Shown here one piece after another: positions 47,573 through 62,800 of a DNA stretch of 64,000 bases. Position numbers and translations under genes: made by a program. Origin of the DNA: Kudoa neothunni (taxonomy: Eukaryota > Animalia > Cnidaria). The first letter of the stretch is position 1; each line of letters starts with the position of its first letter. The notes beneath the pieces are model-generated. The model had not been told where the DNA came from and ran no database searches. It was given only the letters and a program-made list of their open reading frames with translations. The stretch is from assembly GCA_964304625.1 (NCBI GenBank), contig OZ199838.1, positions 543,059-607,058 on the forward strand, in the 5' to 3' direction.

Positions 47573-49050
47573 ATGAGGGTCCCTTACTTCGTACTCTTCA
47601 CCGTGTTTATATTCATAATGAAGGTAGGATCGTTACCGTCGTTCGATGAATTAGTTCAAGTAAAGAATTGGGATTTTATAAATAATTCACATCTTATGAT
47701 AGAAAATGAAAAATACCTTCAATAATAAATATAACAATTTTGTAATTATTATTGTGATCATTTCATTTTTCAACCGTATATTAGGAGAAATTAGTTGAAA
47801 ATCTTACTACTCCATCCCGTATTTGACCTAGAATTTTTTAAAGCATAATACTCTTTCTTTAGATCTAAAAGCATCAAAGAACCTAAAAAACACTAATGAT
47901 GCCATTAAAGCGTCTTTGCTGGGAAGATTGAAAAGTAACATAATTATTAGAATAGAGGACCACCTTTTAAGCATAATTAAGATTCTCATTTATTTCTGAT
48001 ATATTTAGCCAACTTTATCAAACTTAATACATACTCGGATATGGAATATTATTTTGAAGTGATTTTACCCGAGAATACCTGTATTAATTTGAATGGTATT
48101 ATCATTGAATATGAATTCGAAAGCAATTCTAGGGTATACCAAAATTTATAAAATTTAAGATTGCTTGCACTTCACTCCATCTAGATTCTTACACAAGAAA
48201 ATATGACCATGGAGATGAATTATCATTTTAAAGATTCTAAAATGAGTAATTGGACCACATTACATTACTCAGCGAAAGAAATATTGAACGAAAACACCAA
48301 AAGACTATTTGTTGAGTTTTCGAACAATAAAAGTAACTATTAAACCTATTTAAATTTAGAAACTTTGGTTGATTATCTAATTATGTATATAGCGTTGATT
48401 TGTTCCAAACAAATTGAAATAATATCCATCCATGTTTTATTTGTATTAGTAGAACCTTCTATTTCTAACTCAACTACTTTCTATGGTATAACAAAACGAA
48501 TGACATATTTTGGCGTTTTTTTTAAAAATGTAACAATTCTTTCTAGAAAAATACAATCACTGGAATATGCAATTTAAAAAATGGTTGAGATCAACAGATG
48601 CCACTTTAAACTATACTGTTATCTCCAATAACCAAGCCACTTATTTTCATCATGATGAAGTAGGCCGACAAAATTTTAATTATTTGTTTGGTATAACTAA
48701 CTGTTTGTCTAATAAAGGGATGCCATCCAATCAATTATAATGTTCCTATTGAGTTTTTCATCAAGAATGAGCAAGTTACACATCCCAAATGGATCACCAT
48801 AAAAATATGCGAAGGAAATTGCAGTCAAAATCTACCCAACCGTCTATCTAGTGCCACTATTCAGCAATTGATTGCTCGGCGAATTAGACAGATGTATGGA
48901 ACAGACGTAATCCAACCACAGCCTATTTGTTGTGTTCCAAAAGAAACAAAATTAATTGCAATAGAGTATGTGGTTACCAATCGTGATGGATTCAGTAAAA
49001 AACGTTTCGTATTACCAATTTCATCGGCAACAACTTGCCATTGCAGATAG
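47573..49050 (+). CDS. Divergent TGF-beta/BMP family ligand (~350-aa preproprotein); 9 exons
   Basis: Signal peptide MRVPYFVLFTVFIFIMKVGS; exons splice in frame; C-terminal cystine knot GC...CEGNC...CCVP...CHCR* with 7 Cys. Confidence 0.88.
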
Positions 49051-50795
49051 TTTTTTGGTGCTTAAACTAGCAATTTTTTAATTGAATTATTGTCTCTATC
49101 AATATTTCATCCAAATAAATATTTGACATGCCTACGTAATTTTTTGCGCATCATTAAATAATGTATTTTTTGTAAAATTAATTTCTCTAATTGACACTTG
49201 AATAAAATATATAATGGAGACCAAATAAGCTCAAGATTTCTCTTTTACATTTTAATTAGTTTGATATAAACATTTCAATTTTAGAAATTTAAATAAACTC
49301 CGATAATTATAAAATTGACAATTTTCCAAAATTTTCAAAACTCTCTTTTTGTAACTCAAATAATCATTATTCCAGCAGACAGATTTTTTGTTGAGTATAA
49401 CATTGACTTTGTGGATGATAATTTAACTGATCTTTTATACCTAAAAGAATCTAATAATGACACCTACAAAGAAAATAATGTTTTGATTGATTCTATTAAT
49501 TCACTCACTGATAAATATAAATATAAATTCATGGAGGTCGATTAAACCAATAAGACAATCTTCTTTAGAAAAATACGGCGATTTTTTTTAACGAATAAAG
49601 ATATTATTAATTCAAAATATCTTTAATACCATTCTTTTGAAAACTTGTGTCTGCATTATTCTTAAAGATAATATCATAGTATTTTAACATATGGGAATAA
49701 AAGTGTAAAATATTAAGACGATGATATAGTTGTATATTATTTAATTTTTGTTTTGAAGATGGTGCCTCATGGATTCAGTATGACTTATAATGACAAATTC
49801 ATCAAACAAAAAATTAAAATATTTCTTTTAAAATTTTACAAAATAAAATATGTAGCAAAAAAAAATAAATGATAATAAAAAAATAGAAAATATTACATTT
49901 AAAAAAGATTGAAATATCGATGTCGAATATTTAGCGAACTACAAAAATTTGCAAATACCAATATGCATTACGCAATAAATTATCCATTAATAATAATCCG
50001 CCAAAACAAATTTCATTTCGAAAGATTATTCCCAATTAATAAATTTTTTATTAACTATTATTTTAGTTATTTACAAATTTTCTCGATTAATAATCACATC
50101 TTTAAGCAATTTAGGAGACAATTAATCAAATAATATCCAATAATTACTTCTAATTATTTAGCATTTTTACTATAAAAATTCATAATACTAAAAATAAATA
50201 TATTGCTTCACTTATAATAAAATTTAAATGAAAAAAATCCATGAGGATGGAGAAATTTTCAATATTCTACATACCTGAACAATAACTGTTTATAATGTAT
50301 AATGATTTATTGTTAATTGTTTTTCATTAAAATATCATTTAAAAATAAAATCAACATTTAAATTCACGAATTGTATTCACATTCACATTCCGTCATAGTG
50401 AAATTCTGAAATTCTGAAATCAATGTTTAACATGGGGATTACATTATTGAATACACACCTTCATATACCCGATTAGAAGAAAAATTTATTTTTAAAATTT
50501 TAATACGCCCCAGATGAGAAGAGTATATAAGATTTTGTAGAATCGTTTTCCACGATAAAAGTCGTAAAAAACTCTAAAAATGCAGGAGCCACATGTTCCA
50601 CAATAGTCAATAGAACAGCATATATGATATTAAATTGATGACACATTACGAAATTCAATGCAAATAATTAAAAAATTCATATTATAAAGATAATCATAGA
50701 GTTTATTAATTAAACGCATCCGAGATATTAAAATTAATAAATGTATGATAAAAATAATGGTAACTTTTCTATCAATACAGATGGCGCGCAGTAAA

Positions 50796-50803
50796 TTTCG
50801 CGC
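50796..50803 (+). promoter_or_regulatory. E2F-type site TTTCGCGC 30 bp upstream of the RAD50 start codon
   Basis: Exact TTTSSCGC match in an AT-rich background, next to ggcgcgc. Confidence 0.45.
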
Positions 50804-50832
50804 ATATTCCAAGAACCCCCGTTTTATATCCC

Positions 50833-53800
50833 ATGTCTAAAATTGAAAGCATTTCAATCCAAGGAATTCGTAGCTATAATCCAGCCGCGTCGAATAATAT
50901 CACTTTTGATGGGCCATTGACGATTATACTTGGCCCTAATGGCTCCGGGAAAACTGTAACAACTAAACACTCCATTGAGATCCATATTTTTGTATTCACT
51001 AATAGACAGTTATTGAATCTCTTAAATACGTAACTACTGGGGATGTTCCCACTGGATCGAAGCTCAATACATTTATTCACGACCCAAAAGTTTGTTTTTA
51101 TTAAGTTGAATTCTAAATGTCCAATTATAAGGTTCACGGGAAGAGTGAGGTGAAAGGAATAGTAAAATTGGAATTTTGTGATGTTTCTTCAAATTGTTGT
51201 GTGTGCACGAGATCATTGGTATCGACACAGAAAGTATTGTTTTGATTGTTAAGTTTGAGAAATTTGTGGCATAGGGCAAAAAAAACCGAAGCCAGGTCAC
51301 TCGAGGGTAGTTTATGTTACAGTGATAAGAATGGGAAAGTAATTATAACAACTTTCTGTAGTTGCTATTAGTCACGCTCTAAATAAACAATAGGTTATCA
51401 GTATGAGTTCTCGTTGTGTAGACCTTTCCAGTGAAGTTATTGCCTGCGTTTTTTGTAGTTGATTTCGACGAAATTTTTTCAGATGGTTTCCAGATTGGGG
51501 GTGTCTAAGGCGTTATTGGAAAATGTTATTTTCTGCCATCAAGAAACTTCCACATGGCCTCTTAGTGAGCCAAAAATACTCAAAGAAAAGTTTGATGCTA
51601 TTTTTTTCCGCCACCAAATACATCAAAGCTCTCGAGAGTATTAGAGATACCCGAAAACATCAGGTACATTTAACGGCTCTTTAAAAAATAATTTTTTATT
51701 AATTTTAAAGATGGTCAATGTGAAAGATATGAGAAATGAATTGGTGCATTTGGAGAATAAAAAGAAAAAATTGGAAGAGGTATATTTTGAATTAATAGCT
51801 TCTATGAACGTTATATTGTGCAGAAAATTTGTTGTTGTTGTTATTATTATTACTTTTTTTTAGCTGAGAGCTACTCTAACCGACAATAAAATCAAATACG
51901 GATTAGCTCATGTGAGATAGAAACGTTGGAAAAGCAATGGCAAGAATGGAAAGTGAGTTTAAACGATTAGTTTTAGCATATAATGTTGACTCGGTTGGAT
52001 TTAGTCAAAGATGGATAAAGTGGATTGTTTACTGAATAAAATCACAAAAAAATCGGAGAAAAATTTGTAATTTATCATTAAATATTATGGGTGTGTTATG
52101 AGAGTTGCAATTAGCTAAGTATCGTGTCCAGATTGATATGAAGAAAGTAATGATTGAAAAGCTGAATGAGAAAACCACTACTATACTTGATCTCCCGTTG
52201 GAACAGCTGGAAAATGAACTGACTGATCTTATCCAAAATCAGGGTGATCAAGATTGTGCATTAGCCAAAGTTATTTAATATTATCAAATAAATAAATAAA
52301 CAAACAAATTATTTTTGATAGTGTTCGGAAAAAGAAACCCGCTTAAAAAATAAAATTCATGATTTGGATCAATCTATTTGTGAACTTCGAGTTGATTTAA
52401 ACAACCAACATCTCATCTACAGAAATGTACTTGAAGACTTTGAATGTCTGAAATCACTTTTGTCGGATGTTTCCAACACATACCACATCGACGCAAATAT
52501 TAGCGAACTTTCTCTCGAGAATATTGATCTAATAACCAATGTAGTATCTGAGATCAAGTCATTTTTTTATAACAACCTGAGCAAACAACGAACTGAACTA
52601 GATCAGTTGAAGGAGAAGCTATTGACCGAAGAAAATGATCTTAATCACGCTACTTTGAACGCCCATAAACGGAAAAATGATTTGAAACAGCAGCTGGGAT
52701 CCAATCAGTCTTTACAGCATCAACTTGAACAACAGCGCACCAATTTATTCACGTTGAATAAGAATACCGATAATAACACAAAGAAGAAGATTTTAGGGCA
52801 GCTTGAAGAAAATAATAATTGCGTATCAACTCTCCAAGAGGAATTAGAGGAGTTAACCTCAAATGATAACTCGCTCAAGTCTCAGTTCGCTGAAGCCACC
52901 AATGAATATCTGCGTCTAAAAAAACTCCATAATGAATTGCTAAAAAATGCATCTACTATGATGATATTGGAGGAATGCCAAAAAAAACTCACAATTCAGA
53001 CTGAAAATTTTGAAAAAATGTATTTGTTTATGCAGACTTGGATTTATTTTTTCAAAAATTTGAAGATTTTGAATATTTCATAAAAATTATGATGATTAAA
53101 TATGGATATTTAAAAGAAATTGATTTTAAATGTTTTCAAACAAAGGATACTATCTTTTTTAGGTGTAATGAGAGTGGATATGAAGATGTAAAATGTCTAG
53201 AATTAAATTCCTGTACCAATCAGAAATTGAACGATTTAAACAAAAAGACAAAATCCAGCTTAGATGAAGCGCTATCCGAATGTAGCCAACTGAGTGGTGA
53301 CCTCTGTATTGTCGACTACAAAATTGATGCACTTGACTCTGAGCTGTTAGAAATAAGGTACATATTTTTTGTTTTTTTGATCTATTAAATTATGATAAAT
53401 GTTATGATGGTTATATTAGCGATAAAATTGAAGATGCTAAAAAATCTGAACAGATATTTATAGAAAAGTTAACTTCAATCCATGGTTCCTACGATAATAT
53501 CGACCACATCCTTGGCAACTACCAAAATACACTTAGAAACAATAAAGAGTAAACATTTTGAATATTTTTATTAACTCAAGCATTAAAAGTATAATTTAAC
53601 TCATATGTTGATCTATAAAGAACTTTTTAAACTTTAGGCTAATTTTATAACAACAATTTAGGTCAGGGGTAATTTGGAATGACATCCAAATTGGATATAG
53701 ATAATTTTTGCATAATGCGGTTCGTTACGTACTTAAGGATTTTTTAATGAATTGTATTTTTGGGAGTAATGCACTCAATTAAGGTGTTACAATAATGTTG

Positions 53801-56800
53801 AAAATGTTTTGAGGAATAAGAATTTAACTACTATTTATAAAACTATTATCAGTCTCTTTTTCTTATGGCTCATTTATCTTTTAATGATGAATACTTGAAT
53901 AAATATACAACCTTATGTGGATATGAATTTAGTTGCCAAGTTAAGGTTGTTTTGTTTACAAGGTTAAACTGTTGGTGCAACTTGCTAGGTTGTGAAGTTC
54001 GGGCAGGTTAGACCTTCCTCATTTATAAATTATGATGTAGGAATTGTAACGTCATGTTATGCGAATTACGTTTATGCGGTAATATGGTATTTTAACACCA
54101 GAAACATCCTCGGTTTGAAGTAACCGTACCTTGGGATAACCCAGAATTAGTCTGGAAAAGTCGTTTGAATGTGGTCGTTGACTCTATGGAAACCCCCTAC
54201 TGGGGTTTATTTCGTTCCTCTACCACGGCTTTTATGAGCAACCGAGATCTATCACTCGGCCAGGCTTTCCTCCCAGCTGCAAGGAAGATCACAAGTTTTC
54301 GATTTCAGATTAGGAGTACAGGAAAGTCCGGACTTTGCCTCGAACTCGCAACTTCACAGTATTGCGAGCCATACCTAACACTACTGTGCTATATTTTTCA
54401 GGCTTCCATGCCCATGTTTTGGTGGTAAATTTGAAAAAATTGTTGAGAACCCCTGCTCTAACTTATATATAAATTAATTTTTTAAGACATAAATAAGTAA
54501 ACTGCAACATTTACTTATATCGAAGATATATGTAGCGCCATATATTATACAACTAATAATTGTAAGATTATTACTTAGTGAGTTTGTAATGTTATCAATT
54601 TTTTATGTATTTTAAAAATTATTTATTATCCTTGATGTGTTTCTTACAAAAATGTCAGTGTCAATATGGATTATTGTGTTCCTAATATTTTTGTTATATT
54701 AGGGATTTAGATGAAAACATTTATGAGAATCAGTTAGAAATTACTATTAATTTTATTATAATAGATCTGATAAGATGATTAAAATTAGTTTTTTGTTTAG
54801 TATTTCGTATAATTAAAGGGTAATTACATTATTTGTGAAATAAAGTAATCTAATCAAATAGATATTATAAAAATTGGTGTCACGAAGATTCAAGATTTTT
54901 GTTGGCAGAAATTTAGTTTACTTAATTGTATGTAACATTTTTTTAAATGAGTAATTTGTAAACAATTTCTATATCACTGTATTAACTTTTTGCCCTAAAC
55001 TGTTTTATTCGGCTCAAAACAACGGTCCAATTAATTACTTGATAAACATTTTTTTTACAACAAAGTGATTATTCTATAGCTACATAATGTTGTTATCCTT
55101 TTTTTAAATGAAGATGTTGGTAAAATAAAAGGTTTGTATTTTAACTCCTTTCTAATAAATAATAGAAAATTAAAATTGAAAACTTTCTTAGCGTTAAAAC
55201 ATCAAATAAGGCATTGCAAAGTTAGACTACATTTTATTCTTATTTAGAATGTTAATTTGATCATAGATAGAAATGTGAATATGATTATTCATTGGAGGTA
55301 TCGTTTGTTTGTTATATTTTACCATGCTTATATCGTTTTATTTTAAAGTATGATTTTATTATCAGTTATTTTAATTTATGAATTTAATGATTATTTTATT
55401 ATTTCTGGGAAAAAATATTATGTTTCCTATAATTTATTTTGTACATTATTAAGAAATTAATTGAATTCTTGACGTGTACATTAAGAAAGATAGAATATTT
55501 TTAAAATTCCCCTCTCTTTACTGGCTAAAAATATTAAGAACTGAATATATTATGTTTTCTTAGCTAATAAGTTGTTTTCTTTAAATTAAATATTATTGTG
55601 AGTGTTTCAATCACCGTTTTATTATAATGAAATGCCCAATTTAGTGATTTGACAAAGTTACGAGCGTCCAAAGAAATCTACAAAGTATATGTTGATTCGT
55701 TGAAGATGGAGCTGGATGACAGAAGTTGTTGTCCACTTTGCGAAAGAGCATTTCAACATGAAAATGAAATGAACGATATGGCTTTAAAAGTATCTGCTTT
55801 ATATAAACAAATAAATATTATTACTTGTTTATTTTAAAGCTTAAGAATAAGCAAGAAAAGTTGAGCGAATCTGAAATGATATTAGTTCGTGAAATCACTA
55901 CGCTTGAAAACAAAATCGATGAGCTAACTGATATTTCTCAAGTTCTCCCATTCAAAATAAAATATTTTTTTTCATATTAATTAAAGACCCATATTGTGTC
56001 TATTCCTGAACTGGAAAATAAAAAAGTTTGTGTTGTTTCCGAGTTGGAGCTTCTGAAAGAAGAAAAGAACGACGTAGTCCGTGTTGTTTGATATTTTTGA
56101 ATATTGCTGAATATAGCTGGAAAAAAATTTGAACAATAAAAAGGAAGAGAAAACCACGCTGGAGGCAAAACTAACGCATATTTCCAATATTTGTGAAAAT
56201 TATCATAAAAGACAATTGTTAATGTCTAAATTGTCTGATCTTCAAAACCAGCTGGCCCTGGCAGATTGTAACGTATTGTTATTGGTATATATTTTCAATT
56301 CTTTTAGATTCTGAATTGGAAAGTTCCTCAACAACAAAGGAACATCTTGAAAAAGCTGAACAACAAAAGTATATTATAATGACTAATTGAGAAGGTTTGA
56401 GTGTATTAACCCTCAAATATCATAGAAATAATATTCAGGAAAATTTGAATCAGAATAGAGATTTGATGTTATCTAAACAGAAACTGATTTACGAAAAAAA
56501 TCAAAAAATCAATACGCTCACCAAAGATCTGGTAATTTGTTTTTATTAATCATTTTTATTTTTTCGACCAATAGAATGATACTGAGCGCACATTGGCTAC
56601 AATTAAGGAGTTAAACAACAGTATTGTTGAATTGGAGTCGAAAATCCAACAAACAACTATCGAAATTGATTCAATAAAAGAGGATATCTCAGTGATGGAA
56701 GAATGCATATCGAAGCAAAATCTTAAGGTTAACAGAAAAAGACAAACCATCCTCGAATTTTCAAATACCCTGACACAAACAACCAATCGCTACAACAACT

Positions 56801-59800
56801 GTATTCTTGATATTGACAATCGCTTCAGTCGCATATTAAAGTACGAATGTTGTTGTCGCTATAAATTTCCCTCTAAAAAATGTTTTAACGCCTAACCTAT
56901 GATCTACTACATACTTTTCATGGGTTCTCTAGTGCAGCTTAAGAGTTTTAAGAAGCAAGACCTCCCTAAATTGCGGATTTTAAATGCATAAATGTTATCA
57001 GTAAAAGTTTTTTTCTAATTTTTTAAGCATTTTGAAATAAATATTGTTTAAATAATTAATAATATGATTTTTTTGGTAATTTAGATTACAATATACAAAT
57101 ATATTTAATTTATGCCCATTTTCTTTTAAATATAAAATTCAATTAATCTGTGTTGTAATCTTCCTAGCTCCTCAAAGTCCATTATACATTTATTGCTTTT
57201 AAATTCAAATTGACTCCAGGTTTTTATTGCATCTTTAAATTCGACAATAAATTATTTAGTCGAGGGCAAATTAATAATAATTTATCGACAAGTATGTGTC
57301 GTATATTCGTCAAGATTTGCACTGCGTGTAAACATAATTGTTCGAATTCGACTGAATATGTTGATGTAGGTGTGATCTATGTGTTTGTCGTCTTGGACTT
57401 CAGTTGCAACGAATTAATGGGCTAACTCAATTATTGAGACTTAAAAATGGTTTGAATTTTGTTTAATAAAATATTATCTGTTTAAACTCAAACATAGATT
57501 TCGAATCTTACTCGCTTAACTCTAATTTAGTATATAACATCTGAAATAACCTCGCTCCATATCCAACATTTTTTGTAAATAATGTTATGTCATTTATGTC
57601 ACATAATTAATAACTTTTCCTTAAATAATCCATTGTATGAAGTTCTTCGTAGGATGTTATTTGAAATAATGGCATCTGATTCGTATAATTAATTATCTTT
57701 ATAAAGGTACATTTTACCTTAACTTGCTCAGAAATATTCCATGGTCTTCCATTAAATTATCATTCAGCCTTTTACATTAGTTAAGCCAGATTAATAGCGA
57801 CTATAAAAGTAGGTAAACTGATAGTTGCCAATGAATCATAAAGAACAACAATGTGAATTTAATAGAGCTTGATTGGATTTTTCGTGTGTTAGTTAGTTTT
57901 GAAATTAATTAATTTTTATGAATGTTTTTGTTGTTGGAACCCCTTTCATTTTATCACTAGGTGATGCAAAGTCTAATAAATTTTGTACTATGACTCCTCT
58001 CTACTCTTTAAAACGTATTTTGTATTTTTTTAACCGATTATGTAATAATTAATAACAACTCTGTTTATCCCATACATTCTCACTAACCTTCGATACATTA
58101 CAAACTTTCACGTTATTACTTTTATATTTTTAAATTCGCACTCCATAATAAATTTGTTCTTACTAAAATTTACTCGCAGATTTTGCAATTATGGTCTCAT
58201 TTTTTAATTCATGGATAACACACTTTTCTTCATCAATGTTTTGTTTAATTTCATAGGGTTTTATAGCACTTTATCGAATTGTATTGGTATTAGGCTAGGT
58301 TTTTAAATAGACATAAGTTTCAATTAAACAGTATATATTATAAAATGGGATTCAAGTAAGTTTGGTATTTTCATTAAACTCTAAACCCAATAACCATCAA
58401 TATTTATATCAGGAACCTCAAAATCGAATCATATATTTCGCCACCACCAAGAGGCAAAAGGTTTTTGTTGGCTAACACAAAATTAGCTTAGTTAATAAAC
58501 TTCGATAATTAATACATTAATTTATTTATAATACTAGGGCATACTTAGTTTCTGTTTTAAAACTACATTGAATATATATAAGTTCATTTAACATTAATAT
58601 AAAGTGAATATAAACTGTCATCTTAAAAGACCCTTCTTAGATCGCGATATGTTAATTTCTATTGAAGTTGGATCATCTAATTTACTTCACATAATGAAAG
58701 GATTTTATAAATTTTTGTTAGATTTGATAATGGTGAACACAGCAATCTTATTGAAAACAAGAATAATATATTATCGAAAAAAATGAGAAAGCTAGAAAAA
58801 AAGAAACAAAAAATCAACAAGAAAACAGCCCAAATTAACGATATCAAGGAAAACATCACCGAATTCAATGTTAAAACCTATGGCTTCAATTTTCCTCAAT
58901 AATTTTTCACATAGACTAAAATAAGACTCTATCAAGACAACATTGAACTGAATAAACTCCATTGCGAAATTGATCATTTATCTTTAAGAATAACTGACCT
59001 AGATGATAAAATAAAGACGCTTGGAGATAAAAATGATGCGGAAAAGTATTTTTTGTAAATGTGCGTATATGCTTAACATTTTTATAGGAATAAACTAAAC
59101 ATTAGTCAAAACATTGAAAGTATTAAAGAGAAAGTTATTAAAAATTCAATTAATTTTTCGTATGGGAGCCCATCAACATTCTTAATATTTAGATTTTTCA
59201 TTCCAAAGGCGTAGCGGAAGGTTTGCAATGTCAAATAGATCACCTTGAAAAGGAAATCGATAGTTCATTTTATACAGATGTTGATATGTTATATCACAAA
59301 AAAACATCTCTACTAAAGGTATTGAATTAACTTAAAATTGAGAGTGGCATAATTTTATATTTTTTAACATAATTAAATTTCTATTGTATACCCAATATAG
59401 CTCTTAATTTTTTTCTTCAATTTTTTGTTGAAAGAATACTATTGATTTTCATTTTTAAATTTTTTAAAATTATGTATAAAAATAATGTATTTTATATTTT
59501 TAAAGCGAACTGTGACACTAAGAAGTCTTAAAATTAACTTTAATTTATCTTCCGAGTGTTTTGTGGGTCCATTAGACCTCAAACAATATTAAAGATTAGT
59601 TTTTGTCCCCTTCCAATCTTCCAAATTTTTCTAAAACTCTGTATATTCTTATGAAATATCTTTCAATATATGCCTGCCAAATAAGTTTTAAATTATCATT
59701 ATTGAATGAAAAATAAACTAAAAATAATACACTTGGTTCTTTTGGGGTATAATTTACCCCACAATTTTATTTTATAATCTTATGTATAAAATTATAATAA

Positions 59801-62800
59801 AATGTAATTGAGAATACTAGAAAAATATATCGACAAAAATAAAGAGAAAAATGAGAAATACTTATCGACGAATTTATACGACTAAAACACGAACCGCGTT
59901 TATTATTGAAATTTTTCCTCATGGAGGCCTTTATCTAAATAGATGTCACCAATTATGGTGCCGACTTTAGTGAACTCCTCGATTACTCTAATATTTTTGA
60001 ATCTGTCACTAATTTATCTGAATACGTTGACAATAACCTTATCTGGGCTGCAGAAGCCTTAAAAACCTCCGAAATATTAAAAGAAAACTTTTTAAATAAG
60101 GTCTCTCGCCTCAAGAATGTCGCAACTTTGAATATTTTTCATATAACGGATTTTTTGACATATTTGTTAGTTGTTGGTGGAAATTTTTTCAGAAATGTTG
60201 TGTGTAATGCCAACATATTTGACTTCCATTATTATCATCATTGATGCAAAGAGCTTTCAGTGATTGAAAATGGTTCTTCCCATGGTTAGAACATTTGGAG
60301 CTAATAAGAGGAGTGTTCCGCGTATAATGAAAAAAATAATACAAGAGAGTCATTTAGCACTCTTTTTCTTCTTAATATAAAGAAGATTCTAGCCTCTTAA
60401 GTCATTAAAATAATAAGGATTTGTTAATTTTAGCCAATTCAACAGCTTATACAAATATACTGAATGTTGAAAAAAAGAAGCCAGATAACATCGATTATTA
60501 TAACAAAATTAAATGAGTTATTGATAAGATTGATCGGAATTTCACCTCCACAAACATAGAGGATATTCTAGACGCGGACCAGCAGTTATTTTTTATGATA
60601 TCGATATAATGTCTTAAACGCGTTGTGCTTATAAAAAATCATATTCAATGATGGAGAAATCAAATAGCCTAATTTTTGGAGAAACTCGCTAGCACATTCT
60701 GTTCCTTCAGCAGTTCCTAGGCGCTAAATTTGTAGCTAAATTAAGAGTGGGAAATCCAAATAGCGCCAATATTGTTCCAAAAAATCCCATAAACAATGTG
60801 CTGTAAGCCCAAGAAACAGTGACAGTGAGACAATGCATGTGTTGTATGTAAGAAACATTGCTGTGAAGAATATTCCGAATGTGCTTATTTTAATAATTTA
60901 TGGGGCACAAAGAAACGTCTGGATTACATTATAATTTTCATATTTTTTAGAAATGAGATTTCTGTTTTAACATACATAATAAATTGTTAATTAAATACAG
61001 AGTATTGATTTTATAATAGATCTGATATAAATAATGATACATGAGTTCACTTAAACTCACAGACAATAATTAAAAAGGGCACAGAGAGAACATTTTAACA
61101 TTACATTGATATATGCGTTTTAGTTGAACACTAGAGATCTTTTTATTCTATTTTTTCGATAACTATTTTGCTGTATCGTAAAGTTTTAATCCGATTCATT
61201 ATATTTGAGATAATCTAAAAAAACATTATTTTAAATATTTTATAAAAATTTATTTAAAAAGAATATATAACCCTTAAAAATTGTTGAGGTGGCAACGGAT
61301 AACTTCGTCACCGCATGTTTTTTGCCATTATTCTGCGATTTTATCGTTAGAAAATTTTTATTTTTCCGTGATTAAGTTTTAAAAAATATATAAATTAACA
61401 CTATAAAATAAAAGAGTGGGGTCAAAAAGTTCCCAAATGCATCAAGTATATGGTGGATTTGGATGCGCTTGGAAGGTTAAAGAATGTGTGATCACTTGAG
61501 TGATACGTTATCCTTCTTAATTTTTGCATGGTTTCATTTTTTGGCTCACTAGTTAATTGGAGATATTTGTTGGGTACACAAATTCTTGTTATTGGCCTGA
61601 ATCTGACATTGTATTACTTTTATTTAGATCAAAAATATTGTAAAAAATTTTGGTGTAGGGAAATTAGAATTTTATGGTATTGAATAACTTTATTTGTTGT
61701 TATTGTATTTTGAGTTTTTTAATAGAAAGTTATTTTTACTTTAAAAAATCAAAAATAATAACATCACATTATCGAGTGGAATATTTTTAGATGTTGAATG
61801 TTATTGAATACATAAAAATAAAGTTATTCCTAAATATTTTGAATATATTTCTCTATTAGAAGTTTATGCTTATTATTTGCGCTATTACAGTCGTTCCTCG
61901 GTATTGCATTGTAAATTACTTCGCAATACAAAATTACTTCACAATACTAGACAATTTCATATTAATTTTGTTATTCATTAATATTTTTACACATATTTTA
62001 CGAGAGAATAATGTAATTATTATTTAGTAGTATCCCAATTTATAATCAAATAAAAAATTAACGAGTTATTTTGCTATTACGCAATATCCAGGCACAACTG
62101 TATCAATTTTTTATATCGTAGAAAAATTTTCTCCAATCTTATGTATTTAGAGTATTAAATCGTTTCGATTACTAATTCACGTTATAATTGTTGTCAAAAG
62201 AAAATTCTTCCCCCTTCATAGACAACTTTTTAATCCATACTATAATAATTAATTTTGTAATTATCTTAGATCACTGAATTGGCTGGTGATGACCTTGAAA
62301 AATATTATAAAGCTCTCGATAAGTATCTAACCGTAAAATGTATTCCTAATAAATTCTTGATTTAGCGCTATTATGAAATTTCATTCTATTAAAATGACCG
62401 AAATTAATAAGCTTATAAAAGAGTACTGGATGCGTACCTACCAAGGAAACGGTATTTTAGTTATGCTTGTCTATTCGGAGGAATCAATGTATACAATTTA
62501 GACATTACCACCATAGAAATACGTTCTGAACAAGACACTTCATCAAATTCAATAAATGCCAGAAGAATCTACAACTATAAGGTTGTTTTAACGATCAATT
62601 CACATTTAAATTTGCTATCATAACACACAGTTACACAATGTTTTAATTTAGGTTGTGATGATTAAAAATGGAATTAGCTTGGATATGCGAGGTCGTTGCA
62701 GTTCAGGACAAAAGGTAATGATTCACTTTTCAAAATTTCTATTAATATTCCACATGAATTTTACCACTGATCAAATATATTGATATTGATAGATGTTGGC

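Noticed and set aside
49315-50812. Short AT-rich ORFs between the TGF-beta gene and RAD50
   Set aside because: Low-complexity, no motifs and no coherent exon chain; probably chance ORFs or unrecognisable TE debris.
54318-54336. CAGGAAAGTCCGG resembling the bacterial RNase P P4 motif
   Set aside because: It is on the antisense strand of the SINE, is not conserved in copy 1, and no matching 3' P4 strand was found.
53664-54455. hAT MITE (CAGGGGT...GAGAACCCCTG) enclosing SINE copy 2
   Set aside because: Right end looks hAT-like, but the left match is only 7 bp and the 8-bp flanks agree at only 4 positions.
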